Shown here one piece after another: positions 1 through 15,542 of a stretch of DNA of 41,322 nucleotides. A program made the position numbers and the translations under genes. Numbering within the stretch: position 1 is the stretch's first letter; each line of letters begins with the position of its first letter. Under the pieces are notes generated by a model, which searched no databases, was not told the DNA's origin, and was given only the letters and a program-made list of their open reading frames with translations. Origin of the DNA: Paraglomus brasilianum (Eukaryota); the NCBI GenBank assembly GCA_910592345.1, contig CAJVPI010000222.1, positions 1 through 41,322 of the forward strand, given 5' to 3'.

Positions 1-347
1 CAGAAAAAAACTTCGTTTATGGATTTTCATATGAGGCTTCCCCTATGTTTGTAACACTACCGATATCTAACCCCCCATAATTACTTGGCAATTTTAACAA
101 ATATAAATCTAATATAGAGCAAGTCAATGATATGAAAAATGGCATACATGTTTATAACAATGTACATATTGACTTGCGTAGTGTTTCCCAATTTACTATT
201 TCTTAGCGTAAACTAATTGTGCATCATGTCGAGCTTACTCTTTGTTCGACCGGATATGGGCTAACCCACTATGTCAGTTTGGAATTTGTAATTGACATAT
301 TTCTGCTTAGAATAATATGCAAATTAGATAAAGATATAAATGCTTAC

Positions 348-535
348 CGGTTAAGGGCACCAACCAAATATACAAAGTCCAACATGTGCCAGGATCACAA
401 CACGTACTACTACTACCACAACATTCTTGAGATGCAAGACAACACTCCGAATCTCCGCAACATGTTCCATCCATATCCACACAGCACCCATTCTCAACGC
501 CCGCACAATAATCGGTACAGCACTTTTCTCCAGCC
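348..535 (-). pseudogene. Cysteine-doublet (CC-repeat) coding exon relic, not in the ORF track
   Basis: A minus-strand frame reads AGEKCCTDYCAGVENGCCVDMDGTCCGDSECCLASQECCGSSSTCCDPGTCWTLYIWLVPLT and ends at a GTAAGC donor at 347. It has six CC pairs spaced 6-12 aa apart. The 5' side abuts a CACTA-like terminus at 536. The putative next exon (302..238) has an in-frame TGA. Confidence 0.6.
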
Positions 536-588
536 CACTAAAGCAAACCCTTTCCAAATGTCACATTGATTTTTTAGTCACATCAGCC
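536..588 (+). mobile_element. CACTA-like transposon terminus, copy A
   Basis: CACTAAAGCAAA-N22-TTTTTTAGTCACATCAGCC; the same two blocks recur at 832..885 with near-identical spacing. Confidence 0.4.
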
Positions 589-831
589 TCTCATTTATGT
601 CACAAAACAGAATGTTCACTTTTGTTGCAGCATGCCCCATATTAATATGGAAACTGCAACTGAGGACTTCAGGACGAAGGCTTATTATATGGAAACTGTT
701 TCATAATGCTTGATCATAAGACAACCCTTACTAATAGTGGATTTAATGTAAATTGGTTTTATGTTATATTTTTAAGTTTCAGTCATATTTTCCATAACAA
801 GATCTAATTTATGTCTGAGCCACAGCTGTGC

Positions 832-885
832 CACTAAAGCAAAACTGACTGTCATCACTTGGTTAATTTTTCAGCCACATCAGCC
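832..885 (+). mobile_element. CACTA-like transposon terminus, copy B
   Basis: CACTAAAGCAAA-N23-TTTTTCAGCCACATCAGCC; direct-orientation diverged copy of 536..588. Confidence 0.4.
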
Positions 886-1039
886 TTTTTAACCCACATT
901 ACAAAGCTATTAAATTATGGTACGTAATTTTACATGATCAAATAAAATTCCTTTACACTTTAGCCGTTTGGCACCATAATAATAAATAAAACAAGTTCCG
1001 TACTTTGCAGAATTATCAATAAACTATAAATTCACTACT

Positions 1040-2955
<1,916 letters not shown>

Positions 2956-4679
2956 TTAAGTAATATGGACGCATAGTTCGCACGGCGTATATATATTCCT
3001 TTCAACAACTGTAACAGTTATTCGATTAAGTTTAGCAGGGACTTTCGCGAAACCAGCCTTTCCCGTTTAAGGTATGATATTGACCAAAATGTGGTAGACT
3101 AAATGAAAAATTCCATAAAAGGTGCTCTATGTCAATATGTGACGTATTGCCATAATCAGTCATTGATTTACTTTGTGCCCGAGAGGTCTACAAAGAAGCC
3201 TTATTATTATTATTACTACTGCACTGCCTGTTTTAAAGCTTTTCTCCCATCAATATATCACGAGACTAGAATTTAGCTTAACTCATCGTATAACAAGAAA
3301 TAATACTATACAAAAACTCCATTTTTTTGGTTGAACAGGCGTTCTCTATGATGACGATTTATGGTGAGACAAAAGATCTCGTGGTGTTTGACCCTTAATT
3401 CCAAGCCGATCATTTCCCTAGCTACTTCACAAAGGACGTAATATTAAAATGCCGAAACTATGATCATATGATCATCATACAGAAAGTGTCGTAATTATTA
3501 GGCTAGATAGTAATAGACAATTCCTTGAACTCTAAGCAAGTATACCTGTACATGTCTCTTGATTGCTCCCAAGTTTCTCTGTCCACGATAACCGTCTGAT
3601 CTCCGCTTTTGGCAGACTGTATCGACGTTATCTAAAATGTCTTTTGTAGTTCGAGTTCGTTTTGCTTTGAACCAAATGGTATGGACTTGGAGCGATTTTT
3701 TTGGTAATAGTAATCGAGATCAACCAATACAGACAACGTCAATTATAATATAGCGATCGGAAAGGCAGGCCGTACCGTATGGCATGGATGCATCTTTCCG
3801 CGGTGTCTGAAGTACGCAGAACCATGGTACATATATGACTTCGCAGACTTGAAAAGAAAACCTTGCTCTATCAATTGTATTGATTACTGGATATGAATAC
3901 AAGAATTGTCGAAATCTGGCTATGTCATAAAGCTAAGAGTTGCTCAATATGGACGGATGGCAACGGTGGCATGCAATACAACCCCACCATGACTTATACC
4001 AGATTGGACTCGACAGTCACAGGACAGGTATGAGTGTTCTGCACTAATAAGCAAAGTCTACGAACAAAAGAGTTAAACATGACACATTTGTGCAAATAGT
4101 CGATAAGAACGGTATTATGATGCGTTGACTGGGATATTGCATCAGAGGAGAGTGAGCAATCTGCTATTGTTCAGGCTCGCCACAAGACTTCCCCATTGGT
4201 TCTTTCTCTCACATATGGTATCAAAGTAAGTCACACTCGAATTTTGGTAAAGAAAATTGTTGTCAAACCGCAAGGTCTCTGACAGCATTTTATTGTTACC
4301 GAAATAAAATTTCCCGCCAGCACACATCTTTACAACAAGATTACATGATCGTTATCGAAAACTTCGTTTACATTTTTAAAGTGAATATTACACGGGCTTA
4401 ACGAGCGGCCGTGATCAAAATTGTAATTGTATTAAAATCAAAATATTCTATATAATTCATGAGAAATAGTCAATTATGTACACGAAAAAAAAAAGGCGAG
4501 GGACAGTTTAGAATTAATGGAAATTAAAGTTAATATGAATAATAGTACAGGAAAGAAAAAGAAACGGGAAATGATACAAATAGTAAGTATTGTGTAGGGC
4601 GTTCGACATCTATGTTATTTTACTTTTTTTTTTCTTTCTTTCTTTTACTTTAGATCAACCTCTCTTCTGGCCCATACGT

Positions 4680-5690
4680 TCAAACATCATTTTTGGGTTT
4701 ATGAGTCAAATACCAGATAGCAATTCCCAAAACTCCCGCAATTATAAATGACGATATTACAGACATTAATCTATTATACATCTGCCATCGTTCATGTGCA
4801 CTTGTCCGCGGACGTCGAGGATAAAAAGATCCAATCCACCATAGCGGTGGGAATAGGAATCCAAATAGAAAGAGAATCGACCCGATTGGACATAATACTA
4901 CTGGGTCACGCACATATGGACTCCAGCCCCGTGTAGGCTCGACATCTATGGATGACGATGGAGAAGGACGTTTCGGTTGAACTGGTAAGGGAGGTTGAAC
5001 ATCTCGGCTTGAGCGTTGGGTTAGCGATACTGAAGGAGAGAGAGGTTGGGGGTCGGCGGAAGAGATTTTCTGTGTGCTGCTACCTTGAATTGGTTGTGTA
5101 GTGCTTGTGGTATCTGCGTCCGCATTGGATTTGTCTTTTGTAGTTTTGGTATCTTTATTTTTATCGCCACTAGAGCTTCCTTGAGAAGTGGTAGGCGTAT
5201 CTTTCGCATTGTCAAATTTCGAATAATATAATGAAGTCCAACCGGGCCAAGATCCATGTGATAAACTGCGCGAAAGTCTTTTACTCTTCTGTCGAGGAAC
5301 ACTGCCACCCCGACTTTTATTCTCGTCTTCTTGAATGCGTATAGCCACATGCTCTTGTATAGTCCCTCCATGCGGATCTGTTGGAGTTACCGGAGTTGCC
5401 GGAGTTACGGTTGACGCTGGAGTTTGTGTGCTTGATCCTTCAGCATTCTTCTGTGAAATGGGTGTGGAGGTGCGGGAGTCTAGTCTAGCGGCGTGTTTAG
5501 GAGTAGCTGAGGAAGCGCCGTAAGTGTCTGTAGAAGACGATCCATAGCTTGTGCGGCTGGCCCTAAGAAGGTTCTCCGCTACTTGGTATTGCCAACTTTC
5601 TGGAGAGTATAGCTGGGGTCGTACATGAGAGGTTGCTGGGGGATTGGGGGTACGCGGGAGGGGACCTCGCCCCGAAGCTGAGGCTCTTCG
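4680..5690 (-). CDS. Uncharacterised Ser/Thr/Pro-rich protein with C-terminal membrane segments; 5' end unresolved
   Basis: Open frame of ~1 kb. C-terminal ILFLFGFLFPPLWWIGSF and VISSFIIAGVLGIAIWYL hydrophobic segments. No in-frame ATG near the 5' end (stop at 5712-5714); CTAAC branch point plus TGCAG acceptor just before 5690 implies an upstream exon. Confidence 0.8.
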   Translation of the reverse strand, partial: RRASASGRGPLPRTPNPPATSHVRPQLYSPESWQYQVAENLLRASRTSYGSSSTDTYGASSATPKHAARLDSRTSTPISQKNAEGSSTQTPASTVTPATPVTPTDPHGGTIQEHVAIRIQEDENKSRGGSVPRQKSKRLSRSLSHGSWPGWTSLYYSKFDNAKDTPTTSQGSSSGDKNKDTKTTKDKSNADADTTSTTQPIQGSSTQKISSADPQPLSPSVSLTQRSSRDVQPPLPVQPKRPSPSSSIDVEPTRGWSPYVRDPVVLCPIGSILFLFGFLFPPLWWIGSFYPRRPRTSAHERWQMYNRLMSVISSFIIAGVLGIAIWYLTHKPKNDV

Positions 5691-7755
5691 CTGCAATGCC
5701 GTTGTTAGGAATTAGAGGACAGAATGTCGGGCGGACTTGGAGGAAAAGAGGACAAGCAGTGTTATGTAGCAGCGAAACGACTGAATGGAGAATATTTTAA
5801 TTGATGTCAAGATATGTTTATTCTGCTGCAATGGGGGTGTTACTAGTCAAATTTGGCGGTGGATAAAGGGGAAGCCGACGAAATTCAAAACTGAAAAGAT
5901 AGTAATTATGTGACTCTTTTTGGCATTGCTGTCGTCACCATGAATGAGCATTAAATGGCTTTAAGAAGATAAAGAAAGCAATATATCTCTGGTTACTAAA
6001 TGGATCCGCTCATTGTCGCCTATCAAATCAAATTAGTGTTCGAGATGTCGCATTGAATGGAATTTGATTCGTGATATTTAAAATTATATTCATTATTGAT
6101 GGTAAAGTATTTGTTTGTCTGTTATTGCCATCACACCTTGATACTATTTCTTCGTTTGGAAAAATACGGGAACACATGCATCCAAATGAGGCGCTGAAGT
6201 GACAGTTCAGCGGATAATGTTTTCATAAACTCGCATGATGCTTATCATCTTGAATATAAAAGTGCTAAAAGTGATGCATCGTTCTGTCAATTTCTTTGGA
6301 CAAGTAATTGAATGCCATTTATAGATTACAATTCATAAATTCACATAGGCGTGAACCTTTGAGTGTGTTTGTAAAATGTTCAACTTCAATGTGTACAATT
6401 GTATGTATTTTTGTGAGACCCTTTTCTGCAGGTTCTTGTCTGCTGCCCATTATCTTGACAAAGGGAACGTAGAACAAACCAACCGTGGGAATGGCAGTGC
6501 TATTATTAGAATTCGGCCTGCAAGCATTCGGGCATTATTCAATTTTTGACGCTCTCGAAGATGAGTTGCAGTTCTCAGCTAATTGACTGATCATTGATTA
6601 CATTTGAACGTTTATTGTCTGTTTTACATTTTCACATGTTTGTTTGCCCATATATGTCATTATGTTCTGGGGGGGAGAGGGGGAGGGGAGGGGGAAAGAG
6701 TGAGCGAAACCTAAGCGCTTCTTTTGTTTGTATGATAGAATATACACAGTCCGTAATCGAAAGATTAATAATTTACAAAATTAAAAGGCAAATTAACTAT
6801 CTTCGCCTTCTACCTTAACAGCCAAGAAAACTACTCTTGCTAGTTGGAATTCAAAAAGAGAATTTTGTATTTCAACATTACTCGCCTCTTCGTTAGTCAA
6901 ATGGCGTCAATTTACGAACAATACGAGTGATAACTTTGAAGAGCAGATTTATCGATTCTCTACAAGCCGGCAAGAGTCGGTTTTTTGTTTTACTAGAGTT
7001 TTGACTTGTTGGACGTGTTAGACTATCATCACATATGCGTGAATCTCTTGCATTCTCTACCGTAAGGTAAAAAATTCCTATTACATCCCGGTTACCTCTT
7101 AACAACATAACGACAAACTTTTCATGTTTGAAGCGAGTTGGACATTTCCGAGTTCAAGTTGCAACTTTCATATTCATATAAAAGCATGCCATTGTCCAAA
7201 TTTTCAGTTTTACCTTAAAGTCTAACCTTGACGTTAAGTCTCGAAATTTCCATCCACTGCATGCAATTCATAACTTTAATCAAACCATTGTTACAAGCTA
7301 TGTTAACACCGTTCTTTACAAAGAATTAATCGAACAGTCGAGGTTATACAAGTATATTTAGATAGCAAGAAAATGCTGATAAGGATTGTATTTGTGGAAA
7401 TTAAAAATTATAGTGTACATAATTAAGCTTCGTAGTAGTTGATTAGTTTGTCTTCAGAAATATTTAATCGTTCCACTGTATAACAAGTTTGATCGCATAA
7501 TCGAAGGATTCAGCATGCTCAGGAAAATTCTTTTGACAAGTTGAATTATTTACTTGAACTGCTCTCGATTTTTATTACCTTGTGGACATATCTTGAACAC
7601 ATGACAGAGAAAACTGGCCTATGGCCTATCCCAAGATTTTTGCCATACATCCAATCGGGCAACACGTAATACGGATGCTGACGTAAACTTCACCATCAAA
7701 TTTAATAGAAAGTCTTTCATATTTCAAAGCAAAATAATCCAAAAAACACAGAACG

Positions 7756-10503
<2,748 letters not shown>

Positions 10504-10865
10504 TAAATACACTCTACATATCGTAATCAAGATATGATGAGGCGAGAACATGTGATGGGCATTTTGCGTACTATCGGATCCTGAATAGACTTTTTCGAGT
10601 TATATATTAATGGCGTGACAGTGAACGGATGTGTATTGTCAAACACTTATTTATTCCATAAAAACGACACTCATTGTGGAGATAATCAGTCAATTTGTTA
10701 AATAAGTGCAAAACATCAACAATGGCAACTATTATTAAGACATTTTGCTCGAGATCTGCGTAAAATAAAATAAAATAAAATAAACAAAATTGTTGTATAT
10801 TGCCAACAAACGATTGGCCTGCTTTATTAGTAAGGTTTGCTTTGGAATAACTAGTTTCTTCTGGT

Positions 10866-11907
10866 TTATGCGTTTTTGACTTTGTTTGTACCACGGAGTA
10901 GACCACTTCTTCTGGCAGCGATCAAACCAACCTGCATCACAAGCAATATTGATGTTAACCTGTGTCAGAACAATAAAATTCAAAGAACTGTAATGAATGG
11001 CAGGATAGATCACCTTCTGACCAGGAGCACTCTCTCTTGAAACTGTAGATGCATGACCAATATGCTGATGGTTACCACCACCGTGAGGATGGTCCACAGG
11101 ATTCATTGCCACACCACGTGTCTTTGGCCAGCAATTTCTCTTGACCTTATACTTGTGATAAGCACGGCCAGCCTTGAGCATAGGCTTGTCGATACGTCCA
11201 CCGCCAGCTACAATGCCAATAGTGGCACGGGTACTGGAATTGACTGCTTTCTTTGCGCCCGATGGTAACTTGATGCGAGTTTTTCCTTCTTCGTGGTTGT
11301 GCCCAATAATTGTAGCGTAATCCCCGGATGATCTTGCTAGTGCTCCGCGATCACCAATTTTCTCTTCAACATTGCATATGATGGTACCTTCAGGCATAGC
11401 TGAAAGAGGCAACACATTGCCAACAGTCAGTGTCGCCTTCTTACCACAGTAGATGAATTGGCCAGTGTGAAGACCTTCTGTTGCAATGAACGTCTGGCTG
11501 CGTTTTTTGTAACTGTTGAAAATAGTTGATTTGTGAGTGTCTTGTCGCTACATCTACATTATAATGCAATCAAATCACGGCGGATTCATGTGCCCAGTTG
11601 ATAACTGCATATATCCTCATATCAATTACCATGCCACATAATTCAGTTTAGATTCATTACAAATATATTTTTTTCTCTCGACCAAAGTAACAAATATATA
11701 TTACCGATAAGGATCTCGGAACTGGACCTTTGCGAGAGGTGCACCACGGCCAGGGTCATGAATTATTTCCTTAACAATACCACGAATATAGCCGTTCCTT
11801 TCTGCGTAATCCAGCGGTCTTAGTTTAGCGGCACCTTTACGAAGTCTGGTGTGGGCTTTAAATATCCCACCAGGACCCTTTCTCTGAGAACGAATAACGC
11901 GACCCAT
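10866..11907 (-). CDS. RPL2: 60S ribosomal protein uL2 (yeast L2 / human L8), ~255 aa
   Basis: Exons 11907..11705, 11512..11014, 10931..10866. [54 protein letters not shown]. Probable 5'UTR intron 12017..11911 (AG|GTACCG ... TTAG|AAA ATG). Confidence 0.98.
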
Positions 11908-12070
11908 TTTCTAATCTAAACCTACTCGAACTTCAAACAACAAACATACATTAATCAATGTAGCAGTAGGAAAAGACATCAAGACTTCGTCGTTTCCCAG
12001 TTGATCGGCAACGGTACCTGTCTCGGTGGTGAGCAAAAGTTCGTCTTGGCAGGCAAATAGGAAGAATAAA

Positions 12071-12120
12071 TGAAAATTTTTCAGAACATTTTTATAACCG
12101 GCCACTCACGTGCTTGACGT
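12071..12120. promoter_or_regulatory. Candidate RPL2 promoter elements (RRPE-like TGAAAAATTTTCA, CACGTG, TGACGT)
   Basis: TGAAAATTTTTCA at 12071-12083 (reverse complement TGAAAAATTTTCA matches the yeast RRPE consensus); CACGTG at 12107-12112; all lie in the short gap between the EFM5 stop and the RPL2 leader. Confidence 0.35.
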
Positions 12121-12263
12121 CCCGGTGGAATTTCCTTGTAAAAATTGGGTGTATTCCGGCGATGATGATGACAAATTTGCAAGGTAAAGGTATGTTTTAA
12201 TGTTTTGTCAGCAAATGGTGATTATAATTCCTATCATTACATTCACTATTTTCATTTCAATCT

Positions 12264-13648
12264 TTAATAAAACGTTTGACTTTCATCCCAATGTAACTTT
12301 TCACTCTTATAATTTAAATGACACCTAAACTCGTTCTTCAATCGATTCCCTTTGTGTTTAGGTTCGAATACAGTCCTGCGAGCTTTACACAATCTATACA
12401 CAATATCACTCATAGTCGCACCTAGAGCCAATAGATGGTATTTGGGATAGTGAGAATTTGCAACTCATGATCCATGAATCTCTAAACTGGTTGATAAACT
12501 TTATAAAACTTACCGGTACAAACCATTATCTTACATCCGCTCTCTTTTTTCAACAAGTCCACGGTCAGCATTGTCTTTGCCAAACATTCAACACTCAAAA
12601 AAGGCGGGTCGACTACAATGTAATCCACAGTACCGCGAAGAGAAAGTTTGTCCCTGAATTCTTGCGGCTCGTTGTAGTTGTAGTGGATGAAATCTGTACC
12701 ATACATAGAAAACCGCGTGTCATATTCAAAGAGGTAAAGGGATTGGGATGGGCATTTGCGCTGGAGAAGGAAAACGGAAAATTAAAAATGTGATCACAAT
12801 GAAAGGTAAAGATGAAAGGAAAGAATCAAATTTTTGACAGGGGGTTAGACGGAAGGGCTTGACAGACAAAAGCACGCCTATAAGAATGAATCTTGTCGTG
12901 AAAATTATTTAAATTTGCAAGATCAGTCAATGTCTTTGAGATATTTTTACCTTTAATCCAATAAATATGGTTGGCGTACTTATACATGCAATTCTTCCGC
13001 CCGGAGGCGTGTTGTCTGCTACTTCTTCAACGATCGTGTTTACAGTATTCTCTTCATACTGGAAAGTGATTGAATATGTTTTATTGTTCAGTGTATATGA
13101 CCAAACTTGATGATGCTGCCTTACTACGTTATCACTTACCCAGAATTGGCTCAGCTATAATATCAGTATTAGCAAAATCATTATCATAATTTCATTCAAA
13201 GAAAAAGAAAAAGACATAATCGCGATTACTACTCACAATCTAATTTAGTACAAAAAGACTGTATAAACCCCATCCTGTTGGCAACCTACTCGCCAGTCCT
13301 CGCCTATAGCGTCCAATTCATCTAATCGGTTATCCCTCGCCTCTAACACGTCATCCACACCACTTTCATTCTGTTTACGGAGCCGCTCAAAATTTTCCTC
13401 TGCTTGCTTTTTCTCTTGTAAAAATTCTTCCAATGCCGAAAGAGTCTGCGAAGACAAACTATTTATCGAATGAGTTGATGGGTTTTTTGTCAATTGCGAG
13501 AATGACAAATGTGATCTTGTGCGATACGATACATTTCCCGTGCATATGCTGGTATCTCATCGTCGTCGTCGTCATGAATACGTGCTGTGTGGTATAACGG
13601 GAAATTGTCATCCGTGGGTTCTTGTGTTGGAGATGGTTTATCAGTCAT
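12264..13648 (-). CDS. EFM5: eEF1A protein-lysine N-methyltransferase (Efm5/EEF1AKMT1/N6AMT2 family), ~270 aa
   Basis: Exons 13648..13533, 13458..13290, 13154..13140 (15 nt), 13058..12951, 12760..12514, 12421..12264. Motifs LSSQTLSALEEF, EDWR|LSQFW|Y, RIACISTP, LFEYDTRF, VVDPPFL, CTG, EPKH...L.NEF. The first intron donor position is somewhat uncertain. Confidence 0.92.
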
Positions 13649-14744
13649 ATTGATGTTATGAAAGCCAGAGTTTTTCTGTGCATCCAAAAATACTACGCAG
13701 TTTGATCGACGCTCGTGTCACATAGAAATATTACCAGGTGCTCGTAATTAGTTATCATTTTACAAAAATTCATTCTTTCTGCTGGTTATAGAAAGTTGAT
13801 GTCATTAGACACATGTCAATGTGATATAATTAGTCATAAAATATGTAAATGTGCACCCCATGTATATTAGGCGTCATTTGATATGATTTTACTTACTGAA
13901 TTGGAGAATGGCTTTATGTATTATGGATCAATGTGTTGTTCAATAATTATGGTCATTTTCAGCAGTCAAATAGATTCGAGTTTAATCGTAGGGGGAAATA
14001 CTCCTAAAATATAACAAGCACTGGTATTACGGGACCAGCAATTATTCCTGAAATAAATTCCGTCTTCGCTCAAGAGCATAATAATAGTACCCACTTGATG
14101 TCTAAATCACGGGTTGGCGAGTATTATGGATGGTGCTGTATTTAATGTTGCGAATCGATTTTCTAATTTTTCGTTAGTTTAAGCAATTGCGCAGCCAAAA
14201 CATCGATTACGGACAGTGAGTATTGATGAAACACAATATATAAAATCTCTAGACAAGAATATTATACGTTCTTATTGAAGAGAATGCAGTTATATACATA
14301 CAAAAGATTATAATCAGAAGAATAAAAATCACAGTGCTATAAAGAAATTAACTTAACGAATATGTAATCGGATATTTACAATTCCACTATCACAATCCCT
14401 TTCATTCCAAGATTGTCCATTCAAGCATCAAATAATCTACATAGAACTTTGTATCTAAGCGAGAGTATCAGAGCGACTAAATATCGACGGCACCAAGAGG
14501 AGACAAACAAAAGCAAATAATTGCTATTGTAATAATATGATAATAAATAATACGATAATAAATAATAACAATGATAATACAGTAAACTGATAATAAAATT
14601 AAACAGTAAACGGGTGAGAAAAGACAGATGGCGCAAATAACTTACCACCAAAAGAAAATAAAGTCATTTGCTCACCCCAACCCACACCGTAAATTTATGA
14701 AATCTATTCTAGTAATCCAAAATTGTTATCATTTTATCAACAAT

Positions 14745-15542
14745 TTATGCCTTGTTATGATTTTCTGACTCTTCCAATTCTTGCTGCATAAGATATAATT
14801 CTCTCATCTTTGCTCCTTTGCCTGCAGCATGGAAGAACGGATTTGCATTGAGATTCACTATGTGGTATGTCCTCCTTCGTCGTCTTTTTCTTTCCAAGTC
14901 CGTTTCATTCATTTCACCTTCGCTCTGCGTGTCGTAATGAGGACTATCAATACTATTATAACGCCCCAAGCCATATCGAGACTTGATGCGAATTACGGGT
15001 TCTGCTTCGGGTGAAAAAGACTCGAATGACTTGGAAGAAGACAGGGTGGTAGGAGGAACATGAACGGTTGCCGCTCTTTCTAGACGTTCTAAACGGTCAA
15101 AGACGGTGCTGTGTAGAGGACGGAAGGTAGGACTCGGAGACTCGTAGGCAGAAACGCCCTCAATACGACTGTCGCTAGAAATCTCAATATCGCTAAGCCA
15201 GTTTTTTGGTTCTAGCGACGACGTATCACTGAATTCCAATCTCAGTGACTTTTTCTTCCAAGTTTCATTCTCAAAAAAGTCTTGTGGGTCAACCTTTACG
15301 TCTTCTTCTTCTTCTTCTTCTTCTTGCTGTTCAATTTTCTCAGGGACAGCGTTATCATTGATATTAACAGTATCGTCACTATCTGGCGACGTCTCGGAAG
15401 TGGTGTCAGGTGGGACCTTTCGAGTAGAGGAGGAAGAGGCAGTCATACTCGAGCTTGCGTCGACTTTCCTGGTACGCTCGCCATTCGACTTTTTCTTGCT
15501 ATGGCCAAAGGAGGGGAGACGTATAACGCTCGGTAACCGCAT
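14745..15542 (-). CDS. Uncharacterised low-complexity (Ser/Glu-rich) protein, 265 aa
   Basis: Uninterrupted ATG-to-TAA ORF, GC-richer than its flanks, with a poly-Glu tract and a basic cluster RKRRRRR (possible NLS). No recognisable domain. Confidence 0.75.
   Translation of the reverse strand: MRLPSVIRLPSFGHSKKKSNGERTRKVDASSSMTASSSSTRKVPPDTTSETSPDSDDTVNINDNAVPEKIEQQEEEEEEEDVKVDPQDFFENETWKKKSLRLEFSDTSSLEPKNWLSDIEISSDSRIEGVSAYESPSPTFRPLHSTVFDRLERLERAATVHVPPTTLSSSKSFESFSPEAEPVIRIKSRYGLGRYNSIDSPHYDTQSEGEMNETDLERKRRRRRTYHIVNLNANPFFHAAGKGAKMRELYLMQQELEESENHNKA

Noticed and set aside
7636..7648. Rpn4/PACE-like element upstream of RPT1
   Set aside because: Only TGGCAAA matches; it lacks the GGTGGCAAA core.
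10534..10584. ATGATGA...CTGA, resembling a C/D-box snoRNA in the RPT1 3' region
   Set aside because: Only ~51 nt, no terminal stem, and no convincing rRNA-complementary guide.
11513..11704. Possible intronic snoRNA in the longest RPL2 intron
   Set aside because: No properly placed C/D boxes or H/ACA double hairpin.
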